64,000 nt of DNA. Origin: Thermodesulfobacteriota bacterium (GTDB lineage Bacteria; Desulfobacterota_D; UBA1144; Nemesobacterales; Mycalebacteriaceae). The position numbers and the translations under genes are program-made. The stretch is from NCBI GenBank assembly GCA_965226585.1, contig OZ245366.1, positions 608,001-672,000 of the forward strand, given 5' to 3'. Position 1 is the first letter of the stretch; each line of letters starts with the position of its first letter. The notes beneath the pieces are model-generated. The model saw only the letters and a list, made by a program, of their open reading frames with translations. It had not been told where the DNA came from and did no database searches. This document shows positions 41,125 through 50,308 of this stretch, piece by piece.

Positions 41125-42570
41125 TTGAGCAAGTTACCTGACCCGTTGGATTACACTTTTGAGTGGCCGGTTTTTCCCAAGGATGAGACTGAAAGGGAGT
41201 TGAGGATATCTGAGGTCGCCATGAGAGAAGGGGCGGACGGATTTCCGGATTCGGAATCCACTATCCTCTCAATGACCGAGAACGAAATTATAGGCAGAAT
41301 CAGGCGGTTCTACGTTGCGGTTCTGGAAGGCGTATCAAACAAGTTTATCAAACTGGGCGAGGAGACCGCCAACATAAAACTTTTCCTTGAGCGGTTCAAT
41401 CTGGAGCAGATGCCCATACAATTGAAGGGAAAGGTTGAGAGTGTGTTCACAGAATCAAGCGTGGATATCAAAACTCTCGGCGAGCAGGCGAAGATAGCAT
41501 CCAAAGACCTTGAACTCTTCAGGCAGGAAAACGGGCTGGTAAGGGAGCCGGTTTACTCCGAAGATTGGAGATCAAAATGGGGTGTGCTTTTTCTTGCCGC
41601 CCTGTTCTTCCTTGAGGTCGGTCTGAACGGAGCCCTTGTCAGCACCGTTGTGGACGGGCTTATCGCGGGAATTTCAGTTTCCACAACAGTTGCGGTTTTG
41701 AATGTCATACTTTCATTCACAGTGGGCAAGTCTCTTCTTCCCGAGTTGAACAAAAAGGGGAACACGATAACGAAATGGATGGCGGCGGCAGGCTGTCTTC
41801 TTCACGTTATGGTCATCATATATCTGAACCTTGTGTTCGGTGTTTTCAGAAGTTCCGCCATAGACGCCAGAAACGTAAGGTCATGGGAAATCTCCGAAGG
41901 CACAACGGGCGAGGCGCTGGTAAGTTCGCTCAAACCCTGGGAAAGCTTGTCGCAAATATCGGACATTCCGTCCCTGTTTGTTATCGGCATCGGTTTTGTT
42001 TTCGCCATTCTGGCTCTGCTTGACGGATACAACTATGACGACCCGTACCCCGGTTACGGAACAGTCCACAGAAAATTCACGAGCACCTTCGGGCGTTTTG
42101 AGACCGCGAAGAAGGGACTCACGGACACAATACTCAGGGTTGTCCATCAGGACTGCGACAAAATGGAGAGCAAGATTAACGAGTTTGAAGCCAGACTTAT
42201 GCGCTGGGGGACGATACAGAACGTTGCGCAGCAGCAGTTTGCAAGCTACGTGTCGTGGATAAGCCAGATAGAGCAGGATGCCAACAAATTCCTCAACGAC
42301 TACAGGGCGGCGAACATAAGGGGCAGGCATTCAAGTTACAGCACCAAAAGGGCTCCCGCATATTTTGACTCAAAATGGACTTTCTCCGAGCAGGAGAAAA
42401 ACCCGGCAAAAACCTTCTCGCACCTGACGCAACTCATCAACTCAGACAGAGCGGCGTTTGAGAACAAAACCGTTCAGACCCAGCAGGAAATGAATTCGGT
42501 TCGTGATGAGTGCGTGAACAACCTTAGAAGGTTTATACAAAGTGTTGATGAAGAATTTGAAAAAAAATAA
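41125..42570 (+). CDS. Hypothetical membrane protein (about 4 TM) with long helical/coiled-coil N- and C-terminal regions
   Basis: 481-aa ORF with TTG start and GGAGG SD; four hydrophobic segments; DGYNYDDPYPGYG motif after the last one. Confidence 0.85.
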   Translation: MSKLPDPLDYTFEWPVFPKDETERELRISEVAMREGADGFPDSESTILSMTENEIIGRIRRFYVAVLEGVSNKFIKLGEETANIKLFLERFNLEQMPIQLKGKVESVFTESSVDIKTLGEQAKIASKDLELFRQENGLVREPVYSEDWRSKWGVLFLAALFFLEVGLNGALVSTVVDGLIAGISVSTTVAVLNVILSFTVGKSLLPELNKKGNTITKWMAAAGCLLHVMVIIYLNLVFGVFRSSAIDARNVRSWEISEGTTGEALVSSLKPWESLSQISDIPSLFVIGIGFVFAILALLDGYNYDDPYPGYGTVHRKFTSTFGRFETAKKGLTDTILRVVHQDCDKMESKINEFEARLMRWGTIQNVAQQQFASYVSWISQIEQDANKFLNDYRAANIRGRHSSYSTKRAPAYFDSKWTFSEQEKNPAKTFSHLTQLINSDRAAFENKTVQTQQEMNSVRDECVNNLRRFIQSVDEEFEKK

Positions 42571-42586
42571 TCTACCCGGAGTGGCA

Positions 42587-43519
42587 ATGAAAAAAATAAT
42601 CTCTTTGATTCTGTTTGTTTTTCTTTCAGTTCTTCCCGCTCAGGGGCGTGCGGAAGACCTTCCGGTTCTTGACTCCAACGAGAGAGATCCGCGAACTTTC
42701 TGCCCTTACAGCGAGGGAATTTCAAGGGAGCACATGCTCATCTTTGTTGATGTTACGGACGGTATGTCCGAACAGCAGATAAACCTTTTGAAGAACGACA
42801 TTCTTTCCGAAGACCTTCTCAGCAGCGTGGGGCTTTACGGCAAGGTGTCCGTTGTGATGCTGGACGGCAACAAACCGGTTACCAGCCTTGAGCCTGAGAT
42901 AGTCATCTGCCGTCCCAAAAGCGGCAACTCCAAATCTCCGGACAAGAGAGACCACTACGACATACTGACGGAAAACCGCAAGAGGATAGACCTTGAATAC
43001 CGCATCGGCTACATACGCAGGCTGAAAGAGGGAATGATAAAACTGGTAAGGGAGAAATCGAAGAACCTCAGCCAAAGCGGCTACACGCCCCTGATGGAGT
43101 CCTTCCACGAAATATCGCGCTCATCCGCGATAGATTTCGGCGACAAATACGACAAGAAATCGCTCATAGTCATTTCAAACATGTACCACAACTCAAAAAG
43201 CGTTCCTCTTGACAAACTGTGCGTGAGAAGAATCTACAGACACAGTTTCCCGTACTCGCGCTACACGAGAACATGGACGTGCCCGTCTTTTGAGGACATA
43301 AAGAAGAAACGCTCAAACAAGTTCTACCTTGAGAGGAAGATACGTCCCAACTTCAAGGGAGACGGAACGAACGTGAAACTGTGGATTCTCCACAGGGATG
43401 TGGGTTCCGGCGGAATCAGAGACTCATCTCTTCTGGACTTCTGGGAGAGCTACTTCAAATACGTCAAAGGCAAAGTGAACTTTCTCGACCCAGATTTCGA
43501 GTCAGATCCCTCTTCCTGA
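42587..43519 (+). CDS. Hypothetical exported protein, possible vWA-like alpha/beta domain
   Basis: Signal peptide MKKIISLILFVFLSVLPAQG; LIFVDVTDGMS, TPLMES and LIVISNM resemble vWA MIDAS segments; four Cys. Confidence 0.75.
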   Translation: MKKIISLILFVFLSVLPAQGRAEDLPVLDSNERDPRTFCPYSEGISREHMLIFVDVTDGMSEQQINLLKNDILSEDLLSSVGLYGKVSVVMLDGNKPVTSLEPEIVICRPKSGNSKSPDKRDHYDILTENRKRIDLEYRIGYIRRLKEGMIKLVREKSKNLSQSGYTPLMESFHEISRSSAIDFGDKYDKKSLIVISNMYHNSKSVPLDKLCVRRIYRHSFPYSRYTRTWTCPSFEDIKKKRSNKFYLERKIRPNFKGDGTNVKLWILHRDVGSGGIRDSSLLDFWESYFKYVKGKVNFLDPDFESDPSS

Positions 43520-43562
43520 GTATGCCGCAAGCGGCGGCCGGTTTCCGCTCCCGTAAGCGCAG

Positions 43563-44270
43563 ATGAAAACAGCACTTGTTACAGGAGGCGCGAGGCGCAT
43601 AGGCGCCGGCATTTGCGTTCACCTTGCGGGCATGGGCTATAACATTGCCCTCCACTACCTGAACTCCCGAAAAGAAGCCGGAAAAACGGCTGAAGCGGTG
43701 AGAAACAAAGGCGTTCGCTGTGAACTTTTCCGCGCAGACCTATCCCGTCCTTCAAATGCCGCGAAGCTTGTTGACAGGGCGGCGGACAAATTCGGCGAGC
43801 TTTCCGTTCTTGTGAACAACGCGTCTGTTTTCCGTAGGCACGGTTTTTCTGAAACAACCGGAAAACTGCTTGAAGAGGATATGGCTCTCAACTTCAAGTC
43901 GCCTTTTTTCGCCACTCAGGCTTTCGCGCGCGTGAGCCGCAAGGGGCTTGTGATAAACATGCTTGACTCGCGCGTGGCAAAAAATCACACCATGCATTTC
44001 TCATACAACATAAGCAAGAAGTGCCTGCACCATTTCACTCTCGCCGCTGCGAACGCTCTGGGTCCCCGCGTCAGAGTCAACGCCGTGTGTCCGGGTCCCG
44101 TTATGAAGGCGGCGGATTCCGATGAGGCGGTCTTCAGAAAAATCGCCCGGCAGACTCCGCTGAAGAAAACCGGGGAGGTTGAGTATGTTAACCTTGCCGT
44201 TGAGTATCTTGTGAAAAACTCCTTTGTAACGGGCGAAGTGCTTTTTGTTGACGGAGGACAGCACCTTTGA
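43563..44270 (+). CDS. SDR oxidoreductase, pteridine reductase/FolM-like
   Basis: TGGARRIG, VNNAS, YNISK, VDGG; adjacent to a folB-family gene. Confidence 0.85.
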   Translation: MKTALVTGGARRIGAGICVHLAGMGYNIALHYLNSRKEAGKTAEAVRNKGVRCELFRADLSRPSNAAKLVDRAADKFGELSVLVNNASVFRRHGFSETTGKLLEEDMALNFKSPFFATQAFARVSRKGLVINMLDSRVAKNHTMHFSYNISKKCLHHFTLAAANALGPRVRVNAVCPGPVMKAADSDEAVFRKIARQTPLKKTGEVEYVNLAVEYLVKNSFVTGEVLFVDGGQHL

Positions 44271-44635
44271 TGATTATCAAGATAGAAAACCTCAGAATAC
44301 GGACTATTATCGGCATTTTTGAATGGGAGAAAAAAAATCTTCAGGAGCTTGTCGTCAACGTGGAAACGGAGATTGACTGTCCCGACCCCGCCGCTCTGGG
44401 AGACGACATATCCGGCACTCTGGACTACAAAAAGATGAACAAGAAAATCATCAATTTCATTGAGGGCGGCAATTTCAACCTTATTGAAACGGTCGCGGCG
44501 GGCGTGGCGGGCATCGTTTTTGAAGACGACAAAGCCGTCAGAGTTACGGTCAGGGTGGACAAGCCCGGCGCTCTCAGATTTGCCGATTCCGTTTCCGTAA
44601 CCTACAAAACGGATAAGACAAAAGGGGCGGCGTGA
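44267..44635 (+). CDS. folB: Dihydroneopterin aldolase/epimerase family (FolB/FolX)
   Basis: LRIRTIIGIFEWE, LDY, FNLIETVA, VDKPGALRFA. Confidence 0.85.
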   Translation: MMIIKIENLRIRTIIGIFEWEKKNLQELVVNVETEIDCPDPAALGDDISGTLDYKKMNKKIINFIEGGNFNLIETVAAGVAGIVFEDDKAVRVTVRVDKPGALRFADSVSVTYKTDKTKGAA

Positions 44636-46446
44636 AGAAAAAAACCGTTACAAAAGACCTCCGCAACTACAACGCGAAAGGCGTCAAGTGGAACCTGTCA
44701 GACCTTTACGGCGGAGCGGACGACCCTCTGATAAAAAAGTCGGTTAAGAGTTGTCTCAGGCGCGCCGCCGCTTTTGAGAAGAAATACAGGGGAGCGGTTT
44801 CCGGCGGCAAACTTTCCGCCCGCAGTTTTCTTTCCATGCTGAAAACCCTTGAGTCCATATCAGAATCTGCGGCGAAAATCTATTGCTACGCCCAGCTTCT
44901 GCACGCCTCAAACACTGACGACCCGAAGGCTGGAGCTCTGCTTCAATACGTCCGCGAACAGTATGCCGGGATAAGCGGGCGTCTCATTTTCTTTGACATT
45001 GAATGGGTGCAAACTTCCGAAAAAAAGGCGAAATCTCTTGTCTCAAACCGCACGCTCAAGCCCTACGCGCATTTTCTGAAAACAAAACGGCTTTACAAAC
45101 CGCACACCCTCGGAGAGAAAGAGGAGCAAGTAATAATGGAGAAATCCGTTACGGGACCGGGCGCGTTCAAACGGCTTTTTGACGAACTCATCGCAGATAT
45201 CCGCTTTGAGGTCAAAACCCGGAGCGGAACGAAAAAAATGAACGAAACCGCCACACTTTCCCTGCTCTACAGCCCCGACAGGGATACGCGCAAAGCCGCC
45301 GCGCGCGCTCTCACCGCCGGACTTGAGAAAAACTCAAAGCCCCTGACTTTCATCTTCAACACTCTGGTCGCAGACCACTGGATTGAAGACAGAATGAGGG
45401 CTTATGAAAACCCCATGTCCGCGAGAAATCTCGGCAACGAAATTGACGGCTCAATCGTTGACGCTCTGCTCAAATCCTGCGAAGCGAACTACGATATTGT
45501 GAGACGCTACTACAAGTTCAAAAGAAAACTGCTGGGGCTGAAAAGTTTTGCGGACTATGACCGCTACGCGCCGGTTGCCGCTTCGGGGAAAAAGACAGGC
45601 TACGGCGAGGCGAGGCAAACGGTTGTTGAGTCGCTTGAGCGGTTTTCCCCTGAAATGGCGGACATAGCGCGGCTGTTTTTCAAAAACAACTGGATAGACG
45701 CGGAAAGCCGCAACGGAAAATACGGCGGCGCTTTCAGTCACTCAACGGTTCCTTCGGCGCACCCCTACATCCTTATGAACTACCGGGGCGCGCCGCGAGA
45801 CGTGATGACGCTTGCCCATGAACTCGGGCACGGAATCCACCAGTTTCTTTCGCGCAAAAACGGGCATTTCCAGAGCGATGCTCCTCTCACAACTTCCGAG
45901 ACGGCAAGCGTTTTTTCGGAGATGCTTGTCTTTCAGGAATTGAAAAGACGCAGTCCGGAAAAAGAACGTCTCGCTCTTCTCTGCGGGAAACTTGAGGAAT
46001 GTTTCGCCACCATTTTCCGCCAGGCCGTGATGACGCGCTTTGAGCAGTCGCTTCACAAAGCCCGCCGCGCTGAGGGCGAACTCCCCGTCAGCCGCATAAA
46101 CGGTTTGTGGACGGATGCGAACCGCGCCATGTTCGGTGATTCCGTCAAACTCACGGCGGACTACGGACTGTGGTGGATGTACATTCCGCACTTTATACAC
46201 TCGCCTTTTTATTGCTACGCATATTCTTTCGGCGAACTTCTGGTTCTGTCTCTCTACGGCGAGTACGCGCGGAGAGGAAGCGATTTTGTGGCGGGATATA
46301 CCGATCTTCTGTCTTCGGGCGGAAGCGACAGCCCCGGGGTTCTGATAAGCAAAACCGGCGTTGACATATCGGAGCCGGGTTTCTGGGGCAGAGGTTTCTC
46401 ACTGCTTGAAGAGATGTTTGAGGAAGCCGTTTCGCTTGCGGATTGA
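44632..46446 (+). CDS. pepF: M3B oligoendopeptidase F
   Basis: WNLSDLY, GKYGGAF, TLAHELGHGIH, ETASVFSE, HFIHSPFYCYAY. Confidence 0.92.
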   Translation: MKKKTVTKDLRNYNAKGVKWNLSDLYGGADDPLIKKSVKSCLRRAAAFEKKYRGAVSGGKLSARSFLSMLKTLESISESAAKIYCYAQLLHASNTDDPKAGALLQYVREQYAGISGRLIFFDIEWVQTSEKKAKSLVSNRTLKPYAHFLKTKRLYKPHTLGEKEEQVIMEKSVTGPGAFKRLFDELIADIRFEVKTRSGTKKMNETATLSLLYSPDRDTRKAAARALTAGLEKNSKPLTFIFNTLVADHWIEDRMRAYENPMSARNLGNEIDGSIVDALLKSCEANYDIVRRYYKFKRKLLGLKSFADYDRYAPVAASGKKTGYGEARQTVVESLERFSPEMADIARLFFKNNWIDAESRNGKYGGAFSHSTVPSAHPYILMNYRGAPRDVMTLAHELGHGIHQFLSRKNGHFQSDAPLTTSETASVFSEMLVFQELKRRSPEKERLALLCGKLEECFATIFRQAVMTRFEQSLHKARRAEGELPVSRINGLWTDANRAMFGDSVKLTADYGLWWMYIPHFIHSPFYCYAYSFGELLVLSLYGEYARRGSDFVAGYTDLLSSGGSDSPGVLISKTGVDISEPGFWGRGFSLLEEMFEEAVSLAD

Positions 46447-46470
46447 AACCGCGTTTTCCTGTGTTAGTTT
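46443..46470 (+). promoter_or_regulatory. Putative ccm operon promoter (TTGAAA-N16-TAGTTT, TGn extension)
   Basis: Hexamers directly after pepF, followed by a hairpin at about 46475-46509. Confidence 0.45.
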
Positions 46471-46514
46471 AAGTGCGGTCTCTTGAGATTTTGCTTCAAA
46501 GAGACCCGCTGAAA

Positions 46515-46646
46515 ATGGGATACTTTATCGCCTCATGTGTTGTTACGTGGCTGGTTCTCGGCTCCTACGTTCTGATTCTTTTTGTTCAAAGCCGCCGTCT
46601 TCGCGCGCGCTCAGGCGGCGAAAGCGGCTTTGCGGAGCGTGACTGA
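46515..46646 (+). CDS. ccmD: CcmD-like heme exporter small subunit (43 aa, not in the ORF track)
   Basis: MGYFIASCVVTWLVLGSYVLILFVQSRRLRARSGGESGFAERD: one TM plus a basic tail, directly upstream of ccmE. Confidence 0.75.
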   Translation: MGYFIASCVVTWLVLGSYVLILFVQSRRLRARSGGESGFAERD

Positions 46647-46663
46647 GCGCGAGGTCGTCTCCA

Positions 46664-47074
46664 ATGTTTTCCCCCGGAATGAAAATAGCGGTTCCGTCGC
46701 TGATTATTCTGCTTTCTGTCGCCTATCTGGTGTATGACGGCGTTACGGACACGATGGTTTATTACCTTACGGTTCCCGAACTCAAAAGCGCGGCGGTTGA
46801 CGGAAAAAGGTACAGAGTTTCCGGCTCCGTTGAAGCGGACAGCGTGAAAAAAAACGGCGGCGAACTCAGTTTTTCCATCGCCGGTGACGGCGGCTCGCTT
46901 CCGGTTTCCTATCGCGGCTCCGTTCCGGACACTTTCAGGGAAGAAGTTGAAGCCGTTGTGGAGGGCGTTTACCGTGAAGGCGGAGTTTTTGAGGCTGACC
47001 TTCTTCTGGCAAAGTGCCCGACCAAATACGAATCCGCGGACTACCTCTATCCGGAGAGTGACTCGCGGAAATGA
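46664..47074 (+). CDS. ccmE: Heme chaperone CcmE, CxxxY variant
   Basis: VYYLT, YRGSVPDTF, VVEG, LAKCPTKY. Confidence 0.93.
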   Translation: MFSPGMKIAVPSLIILLSVAYLVYDGVTDTMVYYLTVPELKSAAVDGKRYRVSGSVEADSVKKNGGELSFSIAGDGGSLPVSYRGSVPDTFREEVEAVVEGVYREGGVFEADLLLAKCPTKYESADYLYPESDSRK

Positions 47075-49014
47075 ACTTGTATGAGACGGGCTCCATAGCG
47101 GTCGCTTTCAGTTTTCTGCTTTCGGTCTATTCTCTTGTCTGCTCTTTCGCGGGAGCCGCCACGCGGAATTCCCGTCTTATCAAAAGCGCGGAAAACGGCG
47201 TTATCGCCGGTTTTCTGCTCACCGCCGCCGCAACCGCCATTTTGGTCGGCGAACTGCTTTCGCTCAATTTTCAACTCAAATACGTCGCGATGAACACAAG
47301 CACAGACCTGCCGGCTGTGTACCGTTTTACCTCGCTGTGGGCGGGGCAGTCCGGATCTCTTCTGCTCTGGTGTCTTGTGCTTTCCGCCTATTGCGCGGTT
47401 TTTGTTCTGCGCTCTTCGTCAGACTCTCTCAAGCCCTACGTAACGGGCGTTCTGTCGGGTGTTTCGGTATTTTTTCTTTTCCTCATAACGTTTGTTGAGA
47501 GCCCGTTTGAACTTCTGCCGTTCGTGCCGCAGGAGGGCAGGGGGCTAAACCCGATACTCCAGAATCCGTACATGGCAATTCATCCCATCGCCCTTTATGC
47601 GGGCTATGTGGGCATAACCGTTCCATACGCTCTGGGCATGGGCGCTTTGCTCAGCGGCAGAGTGGATTCCGTTTGGGTGGGGCGGGCGCGCAGGTGGGCG
47701 CTTTTTTCGTGGCTTTTTCTCAGCCTCGGTCTTTTGCTGGGAGCGAGATGGGCGTATCTGGAACTCGGCTGGGGCGGATACTGGGCGTGGGATCCGGTTG
47801 AAAACGCCGCGTTTATGCCATGGCTTTCCGGCACCGCGTTTTTGCACTCAATTATGGTTCAGAAAAGACGAAATATGTTTATGAAGTGGAACATACTTCT
47901 GCTTTCCATAACGTTTTTCCTTTCCATTTTCGGAACTTTCATAACGCGCAGCGGCATTGTTTCATCCGTGCATTCATTCGCCCTGTCGGATATAGGGCCC
48001 ATGTTCGCGGGTTTTCTGCTTTTTATCGCGCTTTTCTCATCCGCCGCTTTTCTCATCCGCCGGAAAAATTTTGCGCGTGAGAGCGGTTTTGACTCCGCGC
48101 TTTCGCGTGAAAGCGCGTTTGTTTTCAACAATGTTTTGTTTCTTTCGGCGGCTTTTGTGGTTTTTCTCGGAACGATTTTCCCGATTCTCTCTGAAGCCGT
48201 TACGGGAGACCGCATACTTGTGGGACCTCCGTATTTCAACCGCCTTAACGTTCCCATCGGTCTTGTGCTTATAACGCTTATGGGCGTGGGCCCTCTTCTG
48301 TCGTGGCGTGGAGGGGCGGGGGCGGATTTCCTGCGTTCCCTGTCGGCTCCGCTTTTTTGCGGCATTGCGACCGCTCTCGCGCTGGTGTTTTCGGGAATGA
48401 AAGACACCCATGCCGTTGCCGCTTTTTCTCTCTGTGCGTTTGCGGCGGCAAGCGCGGCGGGTGAAATCTTCAGTATCTTGAAAGCGTCCGGCGCGGGATT
48501 TTTTGCCGCGCTGGTTTCCGGCGCGCGGTTTTACGGCGGCTATGTTGTTCACATAGGGGTGGCTCTTATAGTCGCGGGGGTTACGGCGTCATCAGTTTTT
48601 CCGGTCAAGCATGAAGTCTCAATGTTGCCCGGCGAAACTTTTTCCGTGCGTTCCTACAGCTTGAAATATCTGTCAACCGAGCGCAAAACCACGGCGGCAA
48701 AAAATGTTACATCCGCCCGGATAGAGGTTTCGCAAAACGGCAAGCCTGCGGGCGTTCTGCTTGCCGAGAAAAATCTGTATCTGTATGAAGGAAACAGGGA
48801 GATAAACCGCGAGACGGAGGTGGGTCTGCTGTCGTCATGGAAAGACGATCTTTACGTGGTTCTCACCGAGGCGCGTGATGACGGCTCGGTTTTGATGACG
48901 GTTGTGCTTAACCCGCTTGTGTCGTGGATATGGGCGGGCGGGGCGGTTGTGCTTGCCGGGGCTTTGCTGTCGTTTTCCGGGGCGCGGCGGCGCGCGAGCG
49001 GGGCGGCGGAATGA
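47071..49014 (+). CDS. ccmF: Cytochrome c heme lyase CcmF
   Basis: WAGQSGSLLLW, GLNPILQ, IHP, WGGYWAWDPVENA, SVHSFA, NPLVSWIW. Confidence 0.96.
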   Translation: MNLYETGSIAVAFSFLLSVYSLVCSFAGAATRNSRLIKSAENGVIAGFLLTAAATAILVGELLSLNFQLKYVAMNTSTDLPAVYRFTSLWAGQSGSLLLWCLVLSAYCAVFVLRSSSDSLKPYVTGVLSGVSVFFLFLITFVESPFELLPFVPQEGRGLNPILQNPYMAIHPIALYAGYVGITVPYALGMGALLSGRVDSVWVGRARRWALFSWLFLSLGLLLGARWAYLELGWGGYWAWDPVENAAFMPWLSGTAFLHSIMVQKRRNMFMKWNILLLSITFFLSIFGTFITRSGIVSSVHSFALSDIGPMFAGFLLFIALFSSAAFLIRRKNFARESGFDSALSRESAFVFNNVLFLSAAFVVFLGTIFPILSEAVTGDRILVGPPYFNRLNVPIGLVLITLMGVGPLLSWRGGAGADFLRSLSAPLFCGIATALALVFSGMKDTHAVAAFSLCAFAAASAAGEIFSILKASGAGFFAALVSGARFYGGYVVHIGVALIVAGVTASSVFPVKHEVSMLPGETFSVRSYSLKYLSTERKTTAAKNVTSARIEVSQNGKPAGVLLAEKNLYLYEGNREINRETEVGLLSSWKDDLYVVLTEARDDGSVLMTVVLNPLVSWIWAGGAVVLAGALLSFSGARRRASGAAE

Positions 49015-49127
49015 GCGCGCAGGATTTAATCACGGCGGTTTTTCTTGTTGCCGTGTCGGTTTTTGTCGCGCTTCCTTTCTTCAAGAGGAGAGACAAAACC
49101 GATGACGGCGGAGGGGATGAAAGTTGA
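49011..49127 (+). CDS. 38-aa single-TM peptide, translationally coupled on both sides
   Basis: MSAQDLITAVFLVAVSVFVALPFFKRRDKTDDGGGDES; ATGA overlap with ccmF and TTGA overlap with the next gene. Confidence 0.6.
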   Translation: MSAQDLITAVFLVAVSVFVALPFFKRRDKTDDGGGDES

Positions 49128-50308
49128 GATTTTTTATTTTTATCGCGGTGTTTTTTCTTCCCGCGTTTTTTGTTTCCGCTGAATCCCCGGAGACAGGAGA
49201 AGACCTGTTTATCAAACACAGATGCGTCCAGTGCCACACGGCGGGAAGGGGAAGATTTGTGGGTCCCGACCTGAAAGGCGTTACAAACCGTCACACAGAA
49301 GAGCGGGTTCTCCTCTGGATAACAGACCCGTCAGCCGTCTACGGGGCTGAAGGCAAATCCCCCGTGAATGAGGGCTATCCGCCAATGCCCGGAACCGGCG
49401 TGAGCGCGGAAGACGCGGAAAAGATATACGGCTATTTGCGCTCTCTCCGTTCCGTCCGTTCAGATTCCCCGGACGGAGGGTTGATATCCGGAAGGGTTAC
49501 AAACAGAACCGCCGGAAAACCGCTTGCGGGTGCTGAAGTGTTGCTCGGCTCTTTTATCGGAGACAGGCGGATTTCGGAAGTCTCCGCGCAGACAGACAAA
49601 AAGGGAAAGTTCCGTTTCAAAGGGCTTTCGTGGGTTTCCTCGCACAAGATATCCATACGAAGCGGCGGGGTTCTCTACGAGACGGGCAAGATGGTGTTCA
49701 AGCCCCGCCAGAAAAAAATGGAACTTGACCTTCCGGTGTATGATTCCGCCCCGGACGATTCTCTTCTCGGCATAGAGCTTGAGCATATTATAGTTGAGCC
49801 GTTTGACGGCGGTCTCAGGGTTGCTGAGTTTGTTGAGTTTGTGAACAGGGGCAAAGCCGCCGTTGTTCCGGAGTCCGGTGAGAACTCCTCATCCGGCCGT
49901 CTTGGTGTTCCTCCCGGCGCGCAAAATCTCAACCTCATTCACGGCACGGGCGGAGCGTCTTCCTTTGCGGTGCTTCCGGGTTCCAAGAGGGTTGTGTTTT
50001 CATATCTGATTCCGTTTGAAGGGCGCAAAGCCGTGTTCACAAAAACCGCGAGTTATCCCACTTCGCTGTTCACCGTTTTGTCTCCCTCAGGCGGCGGGGT
50101 TGAGGTTGCCGGGCTTGGAGAGCCGAAAAATGTTCTTTCCGAAGACGGAAGGAGTTTTTTGCGCTGGGATGGAAATGAAATCAAAAAGGGCGGCAAGGTT
50201 AAAATTTCCGCTCTCTCGGCGGGAGGAAAACGCCCGTGGGTTTTGCCGGCGGTAATCTTCACGCTCGTCATCGCGCTCGCGTTCCTGTTCCGCAGATTTC
50301 GCGGTTAA
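49124..50308 (+). CDS. Monoheme cytochrome c fused to beta-sandwich domains, with a C-terminal membrane anchor
   Basis: Signal peptide; CVQCH, GPDL and a distal Met (PPMP); ISGRVTN...PLAGAEV...TDKKGKFRF resembles a carboxypeptidase-regulatory-like domain; C-terminal TM. Confidence 0.82.
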   Translation: MRFFIFIAVFFLPAFFVSAESPETGEDLFIKHRCVQCHTAGRGRFVGPDLKGVTNRHTEERVLLWITDPSAVYGAEGKSPVNEGYPPMPGTGVSAEDAEKIYGYLRSLRSVRSDSPDGGLISGRVTNRTAGKPLAGAEVLLGSFIGDRRISEVSAQTDKKGKFRFKGLSWVSSHKISIRSGGVLYETGKMVFKPRQKKMELDLPVYDSAPDDSLLGIELEHIIVEPFDGGLRVAEFVEFVNRGKAAVVPESGENSSSGRLGVPPGAQNLNLIHGTGGASSFAVLPGSKRVVFSYLIPFEGRKAVFTKTASYPTSLFTVLSPSGGGVEVAGLGEPKNVLSEDGRSFLRWDGNEIKKGGKVKISALSAGGKRPWVLPAVIFTLVIALAFLFRRFRG

